From contig JAUCBJ010001244.1 of NCBI GenBank assembly GCA_032718475.1, positions 1 through 64,000 on the forward strand: DNA of 64,000 nucleotides, written 5' to 3'. This document shows, piece after piece, positions 1 to 11,839 of this stretch (its first letter is position 1; each line of letters opens with the position of its first letter). The notes below the pieces were generated by a model. That model ran no database searches, was not told the DNA's origin, and saw nothing but the letters and a program-made list of their open reading frames with translations. The position numbers and the translations under genes were made by a program. Source of the stretch: Nemertoderma westbladi (Eukaryota; Animalia; Xenacoelomorpha).

Positions 1-91
1 GTACGAATACTGTAACTGAAGCATGGCAACTGACCAAAGCGTAGTTAATATAAAATATTTGGTGCTGGAATAATTTCTTTAGGTTGACAAG

Positions 92-275
92 TAATTATTT
101 TTGGGGGACGACTAATTGTTTTTGGGGGTAGAATAATTGTTTTGGGGGGTAGAAGAATTGTTTTTGGGGGATGAATAATTGTTTTTGGGGAATCAATAAT
201 TGTTTTTGGGGGAGCGAATAATTGTTTTTGGGGTATGAATAATTGTTTTTGGGGGATGAATAATTGTTTTTGGCT
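92..275. repeat. ~21-bp minisatellite (AATAATTGTTTTTGGGGGG-like units)
   Basis: Repeated aataattgtttttggggg units; the three overlapping ORFs here are repeat translations. Confidence 0.85.
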
Positions 276-430
276 GCCCAAACTGTCCATGTACAGCTGG
301 TTGTACTGGATCCTTTCTGAAAGCCAAATTGTAGTTTATCGAACTGAATCTTGTCTCTCTGAGTATCACCCATTCAAATACATCCAATTAAATCCATCCA
401 TTCATTAAGAAGAGCCTTTTGGGCATCACT
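276..430 (-). pseudogene. Non-LTR retrotransposon reverse transcriptase fragment
   Basis: Minus-strand translation LQFGFQKGSSTTSC matches the QFGF-x-K/RGxST motif of LINE RTs. Confidence 0.5.
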
Positions 431-1862
431 CTTATCATCAGTAACCTGGAGTATTGTCTGTATCACTCGGCAATGCATATCTCATACTGACAGCATTTGT
501 AGCCTGATGCTGTCAGAAATACCTGCCTCAGTGATTGTATTATTTTGTGTCGTTTTTTGACGGCCTTAGGGCTGAGTACTACTTAGGGCTTAATGTCCTG
601 ATCCTATGTTTTTTGTTAGTTTAAGGGGTGTAAGACTTTAGTGTTTACCCATTTATTATGCCTCAGTGATGGTAGTCCATGACCTTCTACCAATAGAATT
701 AGCAGGGTGCATGATTGGATTTTCATTGAGACAGATATCCTTGAAAGAAAACCTATATGTTTCATTTTCTTCCGTTCCCTTATTCAGGATTCTTACATGA
801 AGCTTGTAGCAGTGATACATATACATCCATATATGTTGCGCCTTCCAAGGTTTCATTAATCAAAGGTTGTTCTGGGTACTTAAAAAATCCAGTAAAATGT
901 ATTACATAGCCAGGATCTAGATGATGGTGCTGTCCCTGTTACATGAACTCTCATATCAGGACGACACGCCAATATGAGTGATTCAGCGTGTTATCACTTT
1001 TATTCACTTTTATTTAATAATTATAAGCTGTTTATTGAAATAATAATTTTTGGATTGTATTGAATATTACTATTCCTATTGTGTTATTGTGATTTGAGAA
1101 GTATTCCAAGTATAGTATGGTATCTGAATTCCAAAATGCTTCTTTTTTTTATATATAACAAAAACATACATAATGTCTGCTGAATTTTTGCTGAGTTCTA
1201 AAAATCCGCTATACATTATTTTATAAAAAAAATTAATATTCAGGGGCCATAGGGGGGATAAATTTGCATACAGTACGAGTACAGTACTGCCATAATCTGA
1301 TAATCAAACGGATTTCTGTAGCAGGGTAGGTACATGTACAGTTTAAAGTTTCTCTATTGTGGAGGTCCTTGTCTCTTTGGGATAGACTTCGCTCGACCTA
1401 GTAGTAGTAGTAGTATTATGGTAATTAAAATATTCAGCATTAGGCGTCCTACTAACAGCCTCATTTAATATAAAAACATTAATTGGACATTCTTAAAAAA
1501 TTTTATCATTAGTGAATTATCATGAAGTAGGCCTACTTTTTACAAATACGAAAAATTATGTGGTAGTCAACTCAACTCACAAAGTACTACTGAACATTTA
1601 TTCCATTTGTCTATACATACAGTTGATCTAGGAAACATTACATATCAATGCTAAAATACCAATGCTGTTTAAATATATTCATAAACTAATTACTAACGTT
1701 CAAGTACTCTCCTTCTACGAACAACAGTGTGAAAGAGTTCGAATTGAAGGGCTCCTGTCGCAGAGGCAACCCCTTCTCGTTGACAGCCTGTGGAATATCA
1801 ATAGCTGTCGATATTACCCACCTCCTTTCCTTTGAATTTGTTGTGGAATAACAGGGACACGT

Positions 1863-2107
1863 ATGGAACAAACCATACGTGCCCTGACACATCACCCCAG
1901 TACAAACTGAGGTTAGGCGAATCTACAATTAAAAATAGTAACAGCACTGTCTGTAGTCTGTAGTCGCACTGTCTTCAGTCCATCATGGAACAAACCATAA
2001 GTGCCCTGACACATCACCCCAGTACAAACTGAGGTTAGGCGAATCTACAATTAAAAATAGTAACAGCACTGTCTGTAGTCTGTGTGGCACTCACTGTCTT
2101 CAGTCCA
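1863..2107. repeat. Tandem duplication of ~123 bp
   Basis: atggaacaaaccata...gtgccctgacacatcaccccagtacaaactgaggttaggcgaatctacaattaaaaatag occurs twice in tandem. Confidence 0.85.
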
Positions 2108-3436
2108 TCTTATCCTTATCGGCCACATCTGTGGCCGCGATTTCGGCCACTCCCGTTTCTTCGCCGTTCGGTGCTTCCTCGCCGTTCGGCATTTCCTTGC
2201 CGTTTGGTGCTTCCTCGCCGTTCGGCGCTCCCATGACGTTGCCAGATGCCGCGCTGTTTGTCTGTCCCGCACTGTGAAGAGGTGCCACGCTGTATGGCGC
2301 TCTCTCGACACGTCTGTAAGCTCTCCCACCGCGTCCTCGTCGATGGTCCTGTCCGCGGCCCCGTCCGCGGCCCCGAACCGCGGTTATCTCTCGTCTCGGT
2401 GGCCCCTCAGCTGCGTGCCTCAGTCCTCAGTTGCTTCAGCAAAGTGATTTTGGGTTATCGCTACCCGGCAATGACTAATATTTATTGCGCTGTATTTGTC
2501 AGCCATAATAATAATTTTTGTTTTGATTATTGTTGTTTTTGGTTTTAATAAACTTAACTTCTTAATAACTTCAATAATAGGGGGGGGGGGGGGGGGGGGG
2601 GGGGTCGAGATTGTGTGACACAGGGGGGAGGGGGGGGGGGGGGGGGTTCCAAAAATCGGAAAAAATTTGCGTGACATACTTTATGAACGCACCCTTACAT
2701 AATGCCGAAAATTAAACTGTGTATTACCGGCATATACACCATACAGTACTTATGTATTTTATAAACCGCTGGTGGAACAAAATAAATTGTTTCATTTATT
2801 CATAAAAATGTCATATAAAAGTCGTGCAGAGAAGTGTACTAGCATTGTGTTAAAAGGAGGGGAGGGGTTCAAAAAATGGCAAAAATGGCATTAAGTAATA
2901 TGTGAACTGCCCCATAACCATATACCATATTCGTAACAAAAATATTCGAATATTCGTTGATACTTTAAGTTTAAGTATATTAATATTATAATTATTATTC
3001 AAATATTATATAAGAATAATAATAAGTATAATTTAGCTATACAGTAATATAATTTAATTTAGCATAATTTAATTTATTATCAAGCAACCGATGGCGGCTG
3101 TCCATAATGGTTAAGGGTATTTTGAATTGTGACCCTACAGTTTGTTATATTTATAGCAGGTGCCTCCGACATAATTAGATTATATAAGCTTATACGTATA
3201 CAGATAAGTTTAAAAATATAGTTTTAATAAAAATTTACTAATTGCGTTTACTAATATATCTGTACGGTAGTGTCTGAAAGGAGAACAGGTCTTGAACAAG
3301 TGTAGGTCTCTTAAATAGGATGTACTAATACTGTAATTATCCAATCACAGGCCCCAATGGACTGTTGTAATATATTGAATGCTGGGTGGGGAGGCTAGTT
3401 ACTGGGTTAGTCTATCAAATAAAAACCAATATTGCT

Positions 3437-3811
3437 TATATTGGGTAGTTAGGCCCCAACCTATATCCATTCACAGGGCTATATTGAGTAGTTAGGCCCC
3501 AACCTATATCCAATCACAGGGTTATATTGGGTAGTTAGGCCCCAACCTATATCCAATCACAGGGTTATATTGGGTAGTTAGGCCCCAACCTATATCCAAT
3601 CACAGGGTTATATTGGGTAGTTAGGCCCCTACCTATATCCAATCACAGGGTTATATTGGGTAGTTAGGCCCCAACCTATATCCAATCACAGGGTTATATT
3701 GGGTAGTTAGGCCCCAACCTATATCCAATCACAGGGTTATATTGGGTAGTTAGGCCCCAACCTATATCCAATCACAGGGTTATATTGGGTAGTTAGGCCC
3801 CAACCTATATC
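3437..3811. repeat. 43-bp minisatellite, ~9 copies
   Basis: Unit AATCACAGGGTTATATTGGGTAGTTAGGCCCCAACCTATATCC repeated head-to-tail with no unique spacers. Confidence 0.95.
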
Positions 3812-4174
3812 TAAATTGCTTTAATACAATGGATATTAAATCACATGATGTACAGTAGTTTTTCATTGTATCAACTGATAATTAATAATGTCGATTACAG
3901 CACGTCCAATTTATGTGTATCTTAAATAATGTATAGAGCACGTGCGACTTACCTTGTACCTGGATGTCTCATTCAATAATATAGTTAATGAACATAATTT
4001 TGAAAAAATGAATGAAAAAATGAATTTAATTCGACAGACCCCAATTGTATAACACTGTGTTGAAGAAGGGACAGCGTTTTTGACACAGGCATTGAAGCGA
4101 GGTAGTCTGCTGTTTCAAACAGCGTGGTGTAGCGGTCTGTATGGCTGGTCGGCAACTGATAAACACTGGTTTAA

Positions 4175-5160
4175 GTCAGTGGAAAGTTCAGCTTGGAACA
4201 GTGATTCCAACGCCAAAGGCATGTTTGTATATTTCAGAACGTCCCCAGCCAAAAGGATTTTAATACAGAGTTGGAAGCCAATAACAGTTCTTCAAAACTG
4301 TCTAGTACTGATAGGCTATACTGGAGCTGCTGAGAGCATAATCATGACAAATTTTGAGAAACTCAGACTCTGTCACAGTATGCTAATCAGCAACCAGCTT
4401 TGCCTTCTGAAAACCTAACAGATTGCCTACAGAATACAGGTCAATCTTGTTGGAAATATGTCCCATAGACATGATAATTTTTCAGTCTTCATTGGTGTTA
4501 CATTGGAATAGACAATCATAACTTGCTTTGTAGATGTCAAATCAACATAGCAACTCATGTACTCTGATTGATTTTGAATTATAGGTCCAACGACCACCGC
4601 TAAAAGTTCCCCAGCCAATGGCTCCCCCTTCTCGCAATTTCAGTTAAAAAGCTGACATCAGTTGCAATACCAGAACCTTAAAACTTTAATAACACGATGC
4701 CCATTCCATCCGCCCACCATGACTCACTGAGTTCGCTTGGGAATGACCACTCACTCCCCTTGCAAATTTTCCCCTCAAATATATCTGTCAATTAGTAAGC
4801 ACTCTTTTACTTAAGTGAGTAATTACTCAAGCACTCCAATTTCATCATCTTTCTTTGTTTTGTTGTACATTTACTATATACCGTATACCGAAGGTAATTG
4901 AGGAATACATTTGGTGCAGGAGTCTTATTATTTTGTTCCTGGAGAATGGACTGCATGATACGGCAATGCATTACTGAAAATGAAAGTATCAGTTATGTCC
5001 ATATATGTTGACCCATGTAAACATTCTCTCATCAATTGATTTTCTGGAAGTTCATAATAGTCAAGAAGTTCTTGAACATCATCAAAATGTCGTCGTCCAC
5101 TAGTTACAAATTTTAAAACATCAGGACGGAATTATATTGTAAGTCTATTCACGTCACTTA
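4175..5160 (-). pseudogene. Decayed fragment of divergent Helentron-like RepHel (Rep-helicase linker region), copy A
   Basis: AGELLAVVVGPII...KQVMIVYSNVTPMK and WWADGMG align by eye with AKQLLDEVFLPIA...KPAIVVFSCISPLQ and RWIDGN of ORF 54730-55827. Confidence 0.55.
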
Positions 5161-5994
5161 AACGATATATATATATTATATTATATATACCAATTGAAGG
5201 AAAGGAGCAAGTTACAGGAGGCAGACTTTTCTAACAAAAACAAAAAACGAACACTTTACCAATTGTGGGAAATGAGCAGGTTACAGAGGCGGGCTTATAT
5301 ATATATTATATTATATACACCAATAGAGGTAGGAGGTAGAGGCCATTTTTTGGATGACCATTTTGGGTGACCATCTCAGATTCAGCTTGCTACCCCTTAC
5401 ATCGATTGCTTATCCTATTAGGACACTAAAAATGCAAAAATAATAAAATTAGTTCCATTTCACCAGCAGGACAAAAATTTAGTGATCGGTGCTCCAAATC
5501 GCTAATTATTGGTAATGAAGCATTTCAATTGGAAAAGTATTAGAACTTATCTTTGTCGTAGAGGGGCCATTTTTGGCTCATTTGAACCACAATTGCCTAT
5601 TTCGTGGGGGTAGAAAATGATGTCTCGATTAGATTTAATCGATTTCCAAATATTTAGGAAGCTCGATGCAGATATATTTTGGCTACGATTTCCAAATATT
5701 TAGGAAGCTGGATGCAGTTATATTTTGGCTAACTCCAAAAATTGTAGCCGATGAATGGTTCAAAGGTCAAAACATCAAATTCAAAACCGAATTGTAATAT
5801 TTGATTTCCTGCAGCCTTAGTTCAACTGAGTAAAGCAACCACAGTTTTAAGCCACGTCGTCAACGTGATGCAGGGGGGCAGAGTTTGGCTTTTTGGTCTT
5901 ACTGGAGGCCATATAAACCAGAAATATGACACAAATGTATTGGCTTTTTGATCGTACAGAGGCCATATAAACTGTTCAATTGACAATTGACAAG

Positions 5995-6488
5995 TTTATT
6001 TAATAATATTTTAGAATTATTGAAGCCTTGACCCTTTAAATCGGGGTTGCGTTGGGAACACGCAATCTCAATAGTTATTCACTCGATAGCTATTTTGCAC
6101 CAACCTGAGCTGAGGCAAAGAAACACACTTAATAGCTGATCAATACGATTGACGGCGCCAGAAAACCAGTTATTAAAGTTGCTATTATTTAGAATTTGGT
6201 TATTGTTACCGCTAGATTTAAAACAGAATGATTCAATTTGAAAACTCTCACTGGTAAATGGCTACTAACGCGTTCTTGGATATGATGAAAATTTCCATTT
6301 AAAGTTAGTTCAACATCGAGTCTTGTTTCAAAGAGATCATTGTTATAAGTAAACAGTCATCCGTGTGCGCTTCCGTTGGTGGGAGGTTGAAAGGGATTGT
6401 TTGGGGAAATAGAGTTATAATCTCGTGAAGTTGATGGTTCGTTATTGGAGCTGCCACCGCCGACTTGTTCTGGAGTAGAGTTGATGGT
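5995..6488 (-). pseudogene. Diverged fragment of the pPolB gene of the 31900-46096 element family
   Basis: Reverse complement matches ~35126-35674 (e.g. ccatcaactctactccagaacaagtcggcgg, tttaaagggtcaaggcttcaataattctaaa) with indels. Confidence 0.88.
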
Positions 6489-6871
6489 ATGTTCAGTATA
6501 CTTTCATTATATGGGATTCCTGATGAAATTATTGCAGCAATCAGATCAGTATACGATGGTTCGACAACATTTGTGTCTACTGTTGACGGTAACACAGAAC
6601 CATTTGAAGTGTTATGGGGCGTCCTCCAAGGAGACACACTTGCACCATTCTTGTTCATTATTGTGGTTGACTATGTTCTACGCATGTCCTTAGATCATCA
6701 TAATGATGATGGGGTGATGATAACTCCACCTACTGGCTCCAGAAGTCGAGGAAATCCTGCCAAGTACCTAACTGATCTAGACTATGCTGATGACTTAGGA
6801 GTACTCTCAGAATCATTAGAGGGAGCCCAACGGCTCCTCAGCTCATTAGAACATGCTGCTTCTAGTGTTGG
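6489..6871 (+). pseudogene. RTE-like LINE RT fragment (truncated duplicate of 9560-9950)
   Basis: GVLQGDTLAPFLF and LDYADDL motifs. Confidence 0.85.
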
Positions 6872-7049
6872 CTCTAAACTTGGCATAAGTTATCATCAGG
6901 GAGGTTAGAAACCACCTGTTCCCTGAAACCCTTTATTAAGTTGGCGTGACAAGTAAACTCCTGATTTGCCAGGTCAGTGGAAAGTTCAGCTTGGACAGAG
7001 ATTCCACAAATATGGTTGTGGGATCTTTGATTTTGTCTATTGCTTGTTT

Positions 7050-8230
7050 ACATAAATCTAAAGAAGCTCAATGTTCCAATACTGAAACTTCATTTTGTAA
7101 TAGACATTGGTTTATGACTGCTTCCCAGTCCTGTGGTAAAATGTTACCTGAAACTTGGCATAAGTTATCATCAGGGAGGTTAGAAACCACCTGTTCACTG
7201 AAACCCTTTATTAAGTAGGAGTGACGAGTAAACTCCTGATTTGCCAGGTCAGTGGAAAGTTCAGCTTGGAACAGTGATTCCAACGCCAAAGGCATGTTTG
7301 TATATTTCAGAACGTCCCCAGCCAAAAGGATTTTAATACAGAGTTGGAAGCCAATAACAGTTCTTCAAAACTGTCTAGTACTGATAGGCTATACTGGAGC
7401 TGCTGAGAGCATAATCATGACAAATTTTGAGAAACTCAGACTCTGTCACAGTATGCTAATCAGCAACCAGCTTTGCCTTCTGAAAACCTAACAGATTGCC
7501 TACAGAATACAGGTCAATCTTGTTGGAAATATGTCCCATAGACATGATAATTTTTCAGTCTTCATTGGTGTTACATTGGAATAGACAATCATAACTTGCT
7601 TTGTAGATGCCAAATCAACATAGCAACTCATGTACTCTGATTGATTTTGAATTATAGGTCCAACGACCACCGCTAAAAGTTCCCCAGCCAATGGCTCCGC
7701 TCCCCCTTCTCGCAATTTCAGTTAAAAAGCTGACATCAGTTGCAATACCAGAACCTTAAAACTTTAATAACACGATGCCCATTCCATCCACCCACCATGA
7801 CTCACTGAGTTCGCTTGGGAATGACCACTCCCCTTGCAAATTTTCCCCTCAAATATATTTGTCAATTAGTAAGCACTCTTTTACTTAAGTGAGTAATTAC
7901 TCAAGCACTCCAATTTCATCATCTTTCTTTGTTTTGTTGTACATTTACTATATACCGTATACCGAAGGTAATTGAGGAATACATTTGGTGCAGTAGTCTT
8001 ATTATTTTGTTCCTGGAGAATGGACTGCATGATACGGCAATGCATTACTGAAAAGGAAAGTATCAGTTATGTCCATATATGTTGACCCATGTAAACATTC
8101 TCTCATCAATTGATTTTCTGGAAGTTCATAATAGTCAAGAAGTTCTTGAACATCTTCAAAATGTCGTCGTCCACTAGTTACAAATTTTAAAACATCAGGA
8201 CGGAATTATATTGTAAGTCTATTCACGTTA
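7050..8230 (-). pseudogene. Decayed fragment of divergent Helentron-like RepHel, copy B
   Basis: ORFs 7500-7715 and 7068-7325 align by eye with the linker region of ORF 54730-55827; stops and frameshifts present. Confidence 0.55.
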
Positions 8231-9950
8231 CTTAAACGATATATATATTATATTATATATACCAATTGAAGGAAAGGAGCAAGGTACAGGAGGCAGACTT
8301 TTCTAACAAAAACAAAAAACGAACACTTTACCAATTGTGGGAAATGAGCAGGTTACAGAGGCGGGCTTATATATATATTATATTATATACACCAATAGAG
8401 GTAGGAGGTAGAGGCCATTTTTTGGGTGACCATTTTGGGTGACCATCTCAGATTCAGCTTGCTACCCCTTACATCGGTTGCTTATCCTATTAGGACACTA
8501 AAAATGCAAAAATAATAAAATTAGTTCCATTTCAACAATTTAGTGATCGGTGCTCCAAATCGCTAATTATTGGTAATAAAGCATTTCAATTGGAAAAGTA
8601 TTAGAACTTATCTTTGTCGTAGAGGGGCCATTTTTGGCTCATTTGAACCAAAATTGCCTATTTAATGGGGGTAGAAAATGATGTCTCGATTAGATTTAAT
8701 CGATTTCCAAATATTTAGGAAGCTGGATGCAGATATATTTTGGCTACGATTTCCAAATATTTAGGAAGCTGGATGCAGTTATATTTTGGCTAACTCCAAA
8801 AATTGTAGCCGATGAATGGTTCAAAGGTCAAAACATCAAATTCAAAACCGAATTTTAATATTTGATTTCCTGCAGCCTTAGTTCAACTGAGTAAAGCAAC
8901 CACAGTTTTAAGCCACGTCGTCAACGTGATGCAGGGGGGAGGAGTTTGGCTTTTCGGTCTTACTGGAGGCCATATAAACCAGAAATATGACACAAATGTG
9001 TTGGCTTTTTGATCGTACAGAGGCCATATAAACTGTTCAATTGACAATTGACAAGTTTATTTAATAATATTTTAGAATTATTGAAGCCTTGACCCTTTAA
9101 ATAGGGGTTGCGTTGGGAACACGCAATCTCAATAGTTATTCGCTCGATAGCTATTATGCGCCAACCCGAGCTGAGGCAAAGAAACACACTTAATAGCTGA
9201 TCAATACGATTGACGGCGCCAGAAAACCAGTTATTAAAGTTGCTATTATTTAGAATTTGGTTATTGTTACCGCTAGATTTAAAACAGAATGATTCAATTT
9301 GAAAACTCTCGCTGGTAAATGGCTACTAACGCGTTCTTGGATATGATGAAAATTTTCATTTAAAGTTAGTTCAACATCGAGTCTTGTTTCAAAGAGATCA
9401 TTGTTATAAGTAAACCGTGTGCGCTTCCGCATCCGTGTGCGTTTCCGTTGGTAGGAGGTTGAAAGGGATTGTTTGTGGAAATAGAGTTATAATCTTGTGA
9501 AGTTGATGGTTTGTTATTGGAGCTGCCACCGCCGACTTGTTCTGGAGTAGAGTTGATGGTATGTTCAGTATACTTTCATTATATGGGATTCCTGATGAAA
9601 TTATTGCAGCAATCAGATCAGTATACGATGGTTCGACAACATTTGTGTCTACTGTTGACGGTAACACAGAAAGAACCATTTGAAGTGTTATGGGGCGTCC
9701 TCCAAGGAGACACACTTGCACCATTCTTGTTCATTATTGTGGTTGACTATGTTCTACGCATGTCCTTAGATCATCATAATGATGATGGGGTGATGATAAC
9801 TCCACCACCTACTGGCTCCAGAAGTCGAGGAAATCCTGCCAAGTACCTAACTGATCTAGACTATGCTGATGACTTAGGAGTACTCTCAGAATCATTAGAG
9901 GGAGCCCAACGGCTCCTCAGCTCATTAGAACATGCTGCTTCTAGTGTTGG
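7248..9950. repeat. Direct duplication copy B
   Basis: Near-identical to 4175-6871. Confidence 0.92.
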
Positions 9951-10642
9951 TCTTTTTATTAACTCCAGAAAGACCAAATTTCTGACAGTTAACTTTGAAA
10001 GTCCTCAGCAAGTCTCTGATCGGATGAGCATAAGCTCAAAGGATGGTATGCTTGAGCATGTGGATGACTTCTGTTACCTGGGATTATGGATCCGGAAGTC
10101 AGGTGAGGACCTTCGAATACGTAAGGGAAAGGCATGGGCAGCCTTGAATAGGCTTTCCAGGATTTGGAAGTCACCTAGAATTAATCGGAAACTTAAGGTC
10201 CGATTATTAAGAGCAGCAGTAGTTCCAGTACTCCTCTACGGGAGTCCATGCTGGGCTCTAACTGCTGAGGACACCAAATCTCTGGATGGCACATTCACAA
10301 GAATGCTACACCGGGTTCATTGTGTCAAGTACAATGCACACATTTCCAACCAGACACTATATAACATTGGAGGTGTCTCATTGGTTCCCCCAAGCACTAG
10401 AACAAAATCGCCTCCGCTTTGCAGGGCATGCCGATCCTAGTAGTAGTAGTAGTAGTAGAGTTGATGGGGGATGAGTGGGAGTTAGCTGGAGTTTTGCATT
10501 TCCGCGAAAAAAGACGAGTGTAGCATTCATGCTTAGTGATGGACGATAGGGTGAGCGAATCCCCGCAGTGACAATCGGCTAGCTCATTTACTTAAGTAAA
10601 TCCGGTGCCCCCATTGTAACATGAAGCAAGATGACCAATCAT
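9055..10642 (-). pseudogene. Diverged 5' fragment of Polinton pPolB, split by an RTE insertion
   Basis: 9055-9559 encodes FLCLSSGWRIIAIERITIEIACSQRNPYLKGQGFNNSK, nearly identical to ORF 34810; 10454-10642 continues the match to ~34950-35140. Confidence 0.88.
9560..10453 (+). mobile_element. 5'-truncated RTE-clade LINE with (TAG)n tail and 14-bp TSD
   Basis: RT motifs GVLQGDTLAPFLF, DYADDL, FCYLG, VLLYGS..W and RLRFAGH; (TAG)n tail ~10438-10456; AGTAGAGTTGATGG at 9546-9559 and 10454-10467. Confidence 0.9.
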
Positions 10643-10719
10643 ATTTGTTCTTTTTTTAAATAATGAAAATTTGTTTCCGAAAAATACTTTATAAATGAGT
10701 CCAGAAAGAAGAGATACAT

Positions 10720-11260
10720 AAACATTTTTAACCTTATTAAACCCGGGGGGGGGGGGGTCAATATGACCCCCCCCCCATGGTTTTTTTATTATAATTCTGA
10801 AACAAACGCAGCTGGGAATCTGAAATTTTATGACTTTTCCTAAAAATCTATTGTCTTCCTAGTAGTGAAAACAATTTTCAAAATATTGGGTACTTTTCGA
10901 GTTATAGTACCATTTTTTAACCCTATTTTTGGCACTTTTTTTGAGACGTTTTTTGAAAATTACATTTCATTAAATATGAATTGTAACATCTCTATTTTTG
11001 ATTTACACCGGTTTTTTGGTGTTAGAAATTGGATGGAATTCATATAAATTGATTTAGAAATTTCAAACTTGTTTTTTTCGGTGGGTGCCAAATTTTGGTG
11101 ACAGCACCAAATTTTGAAATAAGTCAATTTTGTAAATTGATTGTTTGAAACTTTTTTTTTTACGCAATTGGGGTTTTTTGGGGTTCTGGATTCGATGAAA
11201 TATATACGAGTTACACCAAGCGTATCAAACTTGTATTTTTCGGTGCTGTCATACCTGTAT
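10720..11260. mobile_element. Non-autonomous DNA transposon end/fragment
   Basis: Palindromic GGGGGGTCAATATGACCCCCC near 10745-10777; internal part recurs at ~29900-30050. Confidence 0.45.
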
Positions 11261-11839
11261 TTGAACTTATTTGTCGTTAGGGAACATCAATGGAGTGAGT
11301 GATCTCACATTGGCTCATAATAATTGCATTAGCCTTCCCTGAGTATATAATATTTGTTACCTGTTTATTCCAACTAGTAGCTTTGGAGCTCTGCAGAGAT
11401 TACTTCTCATGCAGACGTTATACCTCTGGTCAGGTCGCTGCCAGTGGTATTTATTACATGTCTTTATGTCTATGTATAATTAATTGCTCTCACGTCTTGT
11501 AATTATAATTCTAATCACACTTGTAATTTGTTCTGTCGTTAAGGCAAGTCACTATACGTTTCTCCTAAAGAGAAACACAAATACCACACTTGAGTTCTTC
11601 AGAATTAATTAGTCAGCCATTTGCTTGTTATATTGTGTTGTCACACCCTCCCGGTATCGTATCTCAGTTAAATACAATAGATAATCAAATACCGTATTGA
11701 ACCAAATAAGTTATAGAGTAAACCAACTTATGAGAGGAAGGCAAAGGGGAAGCGATCGATACAGTAAGCGGCCCTTGTTGACAGGTACACTAGCGCAATC
11801 CCGTTTATTGTGTCAGACCAGCAGTTTAGAACGTCATAA

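Larger units (their letters stand above)
4175..6871. repeat. Direct duplication copy A (~2.7 kb; partner 7248-9950)
   Basis: Near-identical to 7248-9950 from gtcagtggaaagttcagcttgg to gctgcttctagtgttgg; ORFs 4080/7252, 4427/7500 and 6465/9511 are duplicated. Confidence 0.92.

Noticed and set aside
2579-2646. Poly-G tracts as functional G-quadruplexes (also 21902, 24110, 62750)
   Set aside because: They sit in typical MITE ends, and homopolymer lengths are unreliable.
3437-3811. Regular 43-bp repeats as a CRISPR array
   Set aside because: Units are contiguous and near-identical with no unique spacers or cas genes; eukaryotic context.
10438-10460. AGTAGT run as another Polinton terminus (also ~1399)
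   Set aside because: It is a (TAG)n microsatellite or LINE tail with no TIR sequence following.
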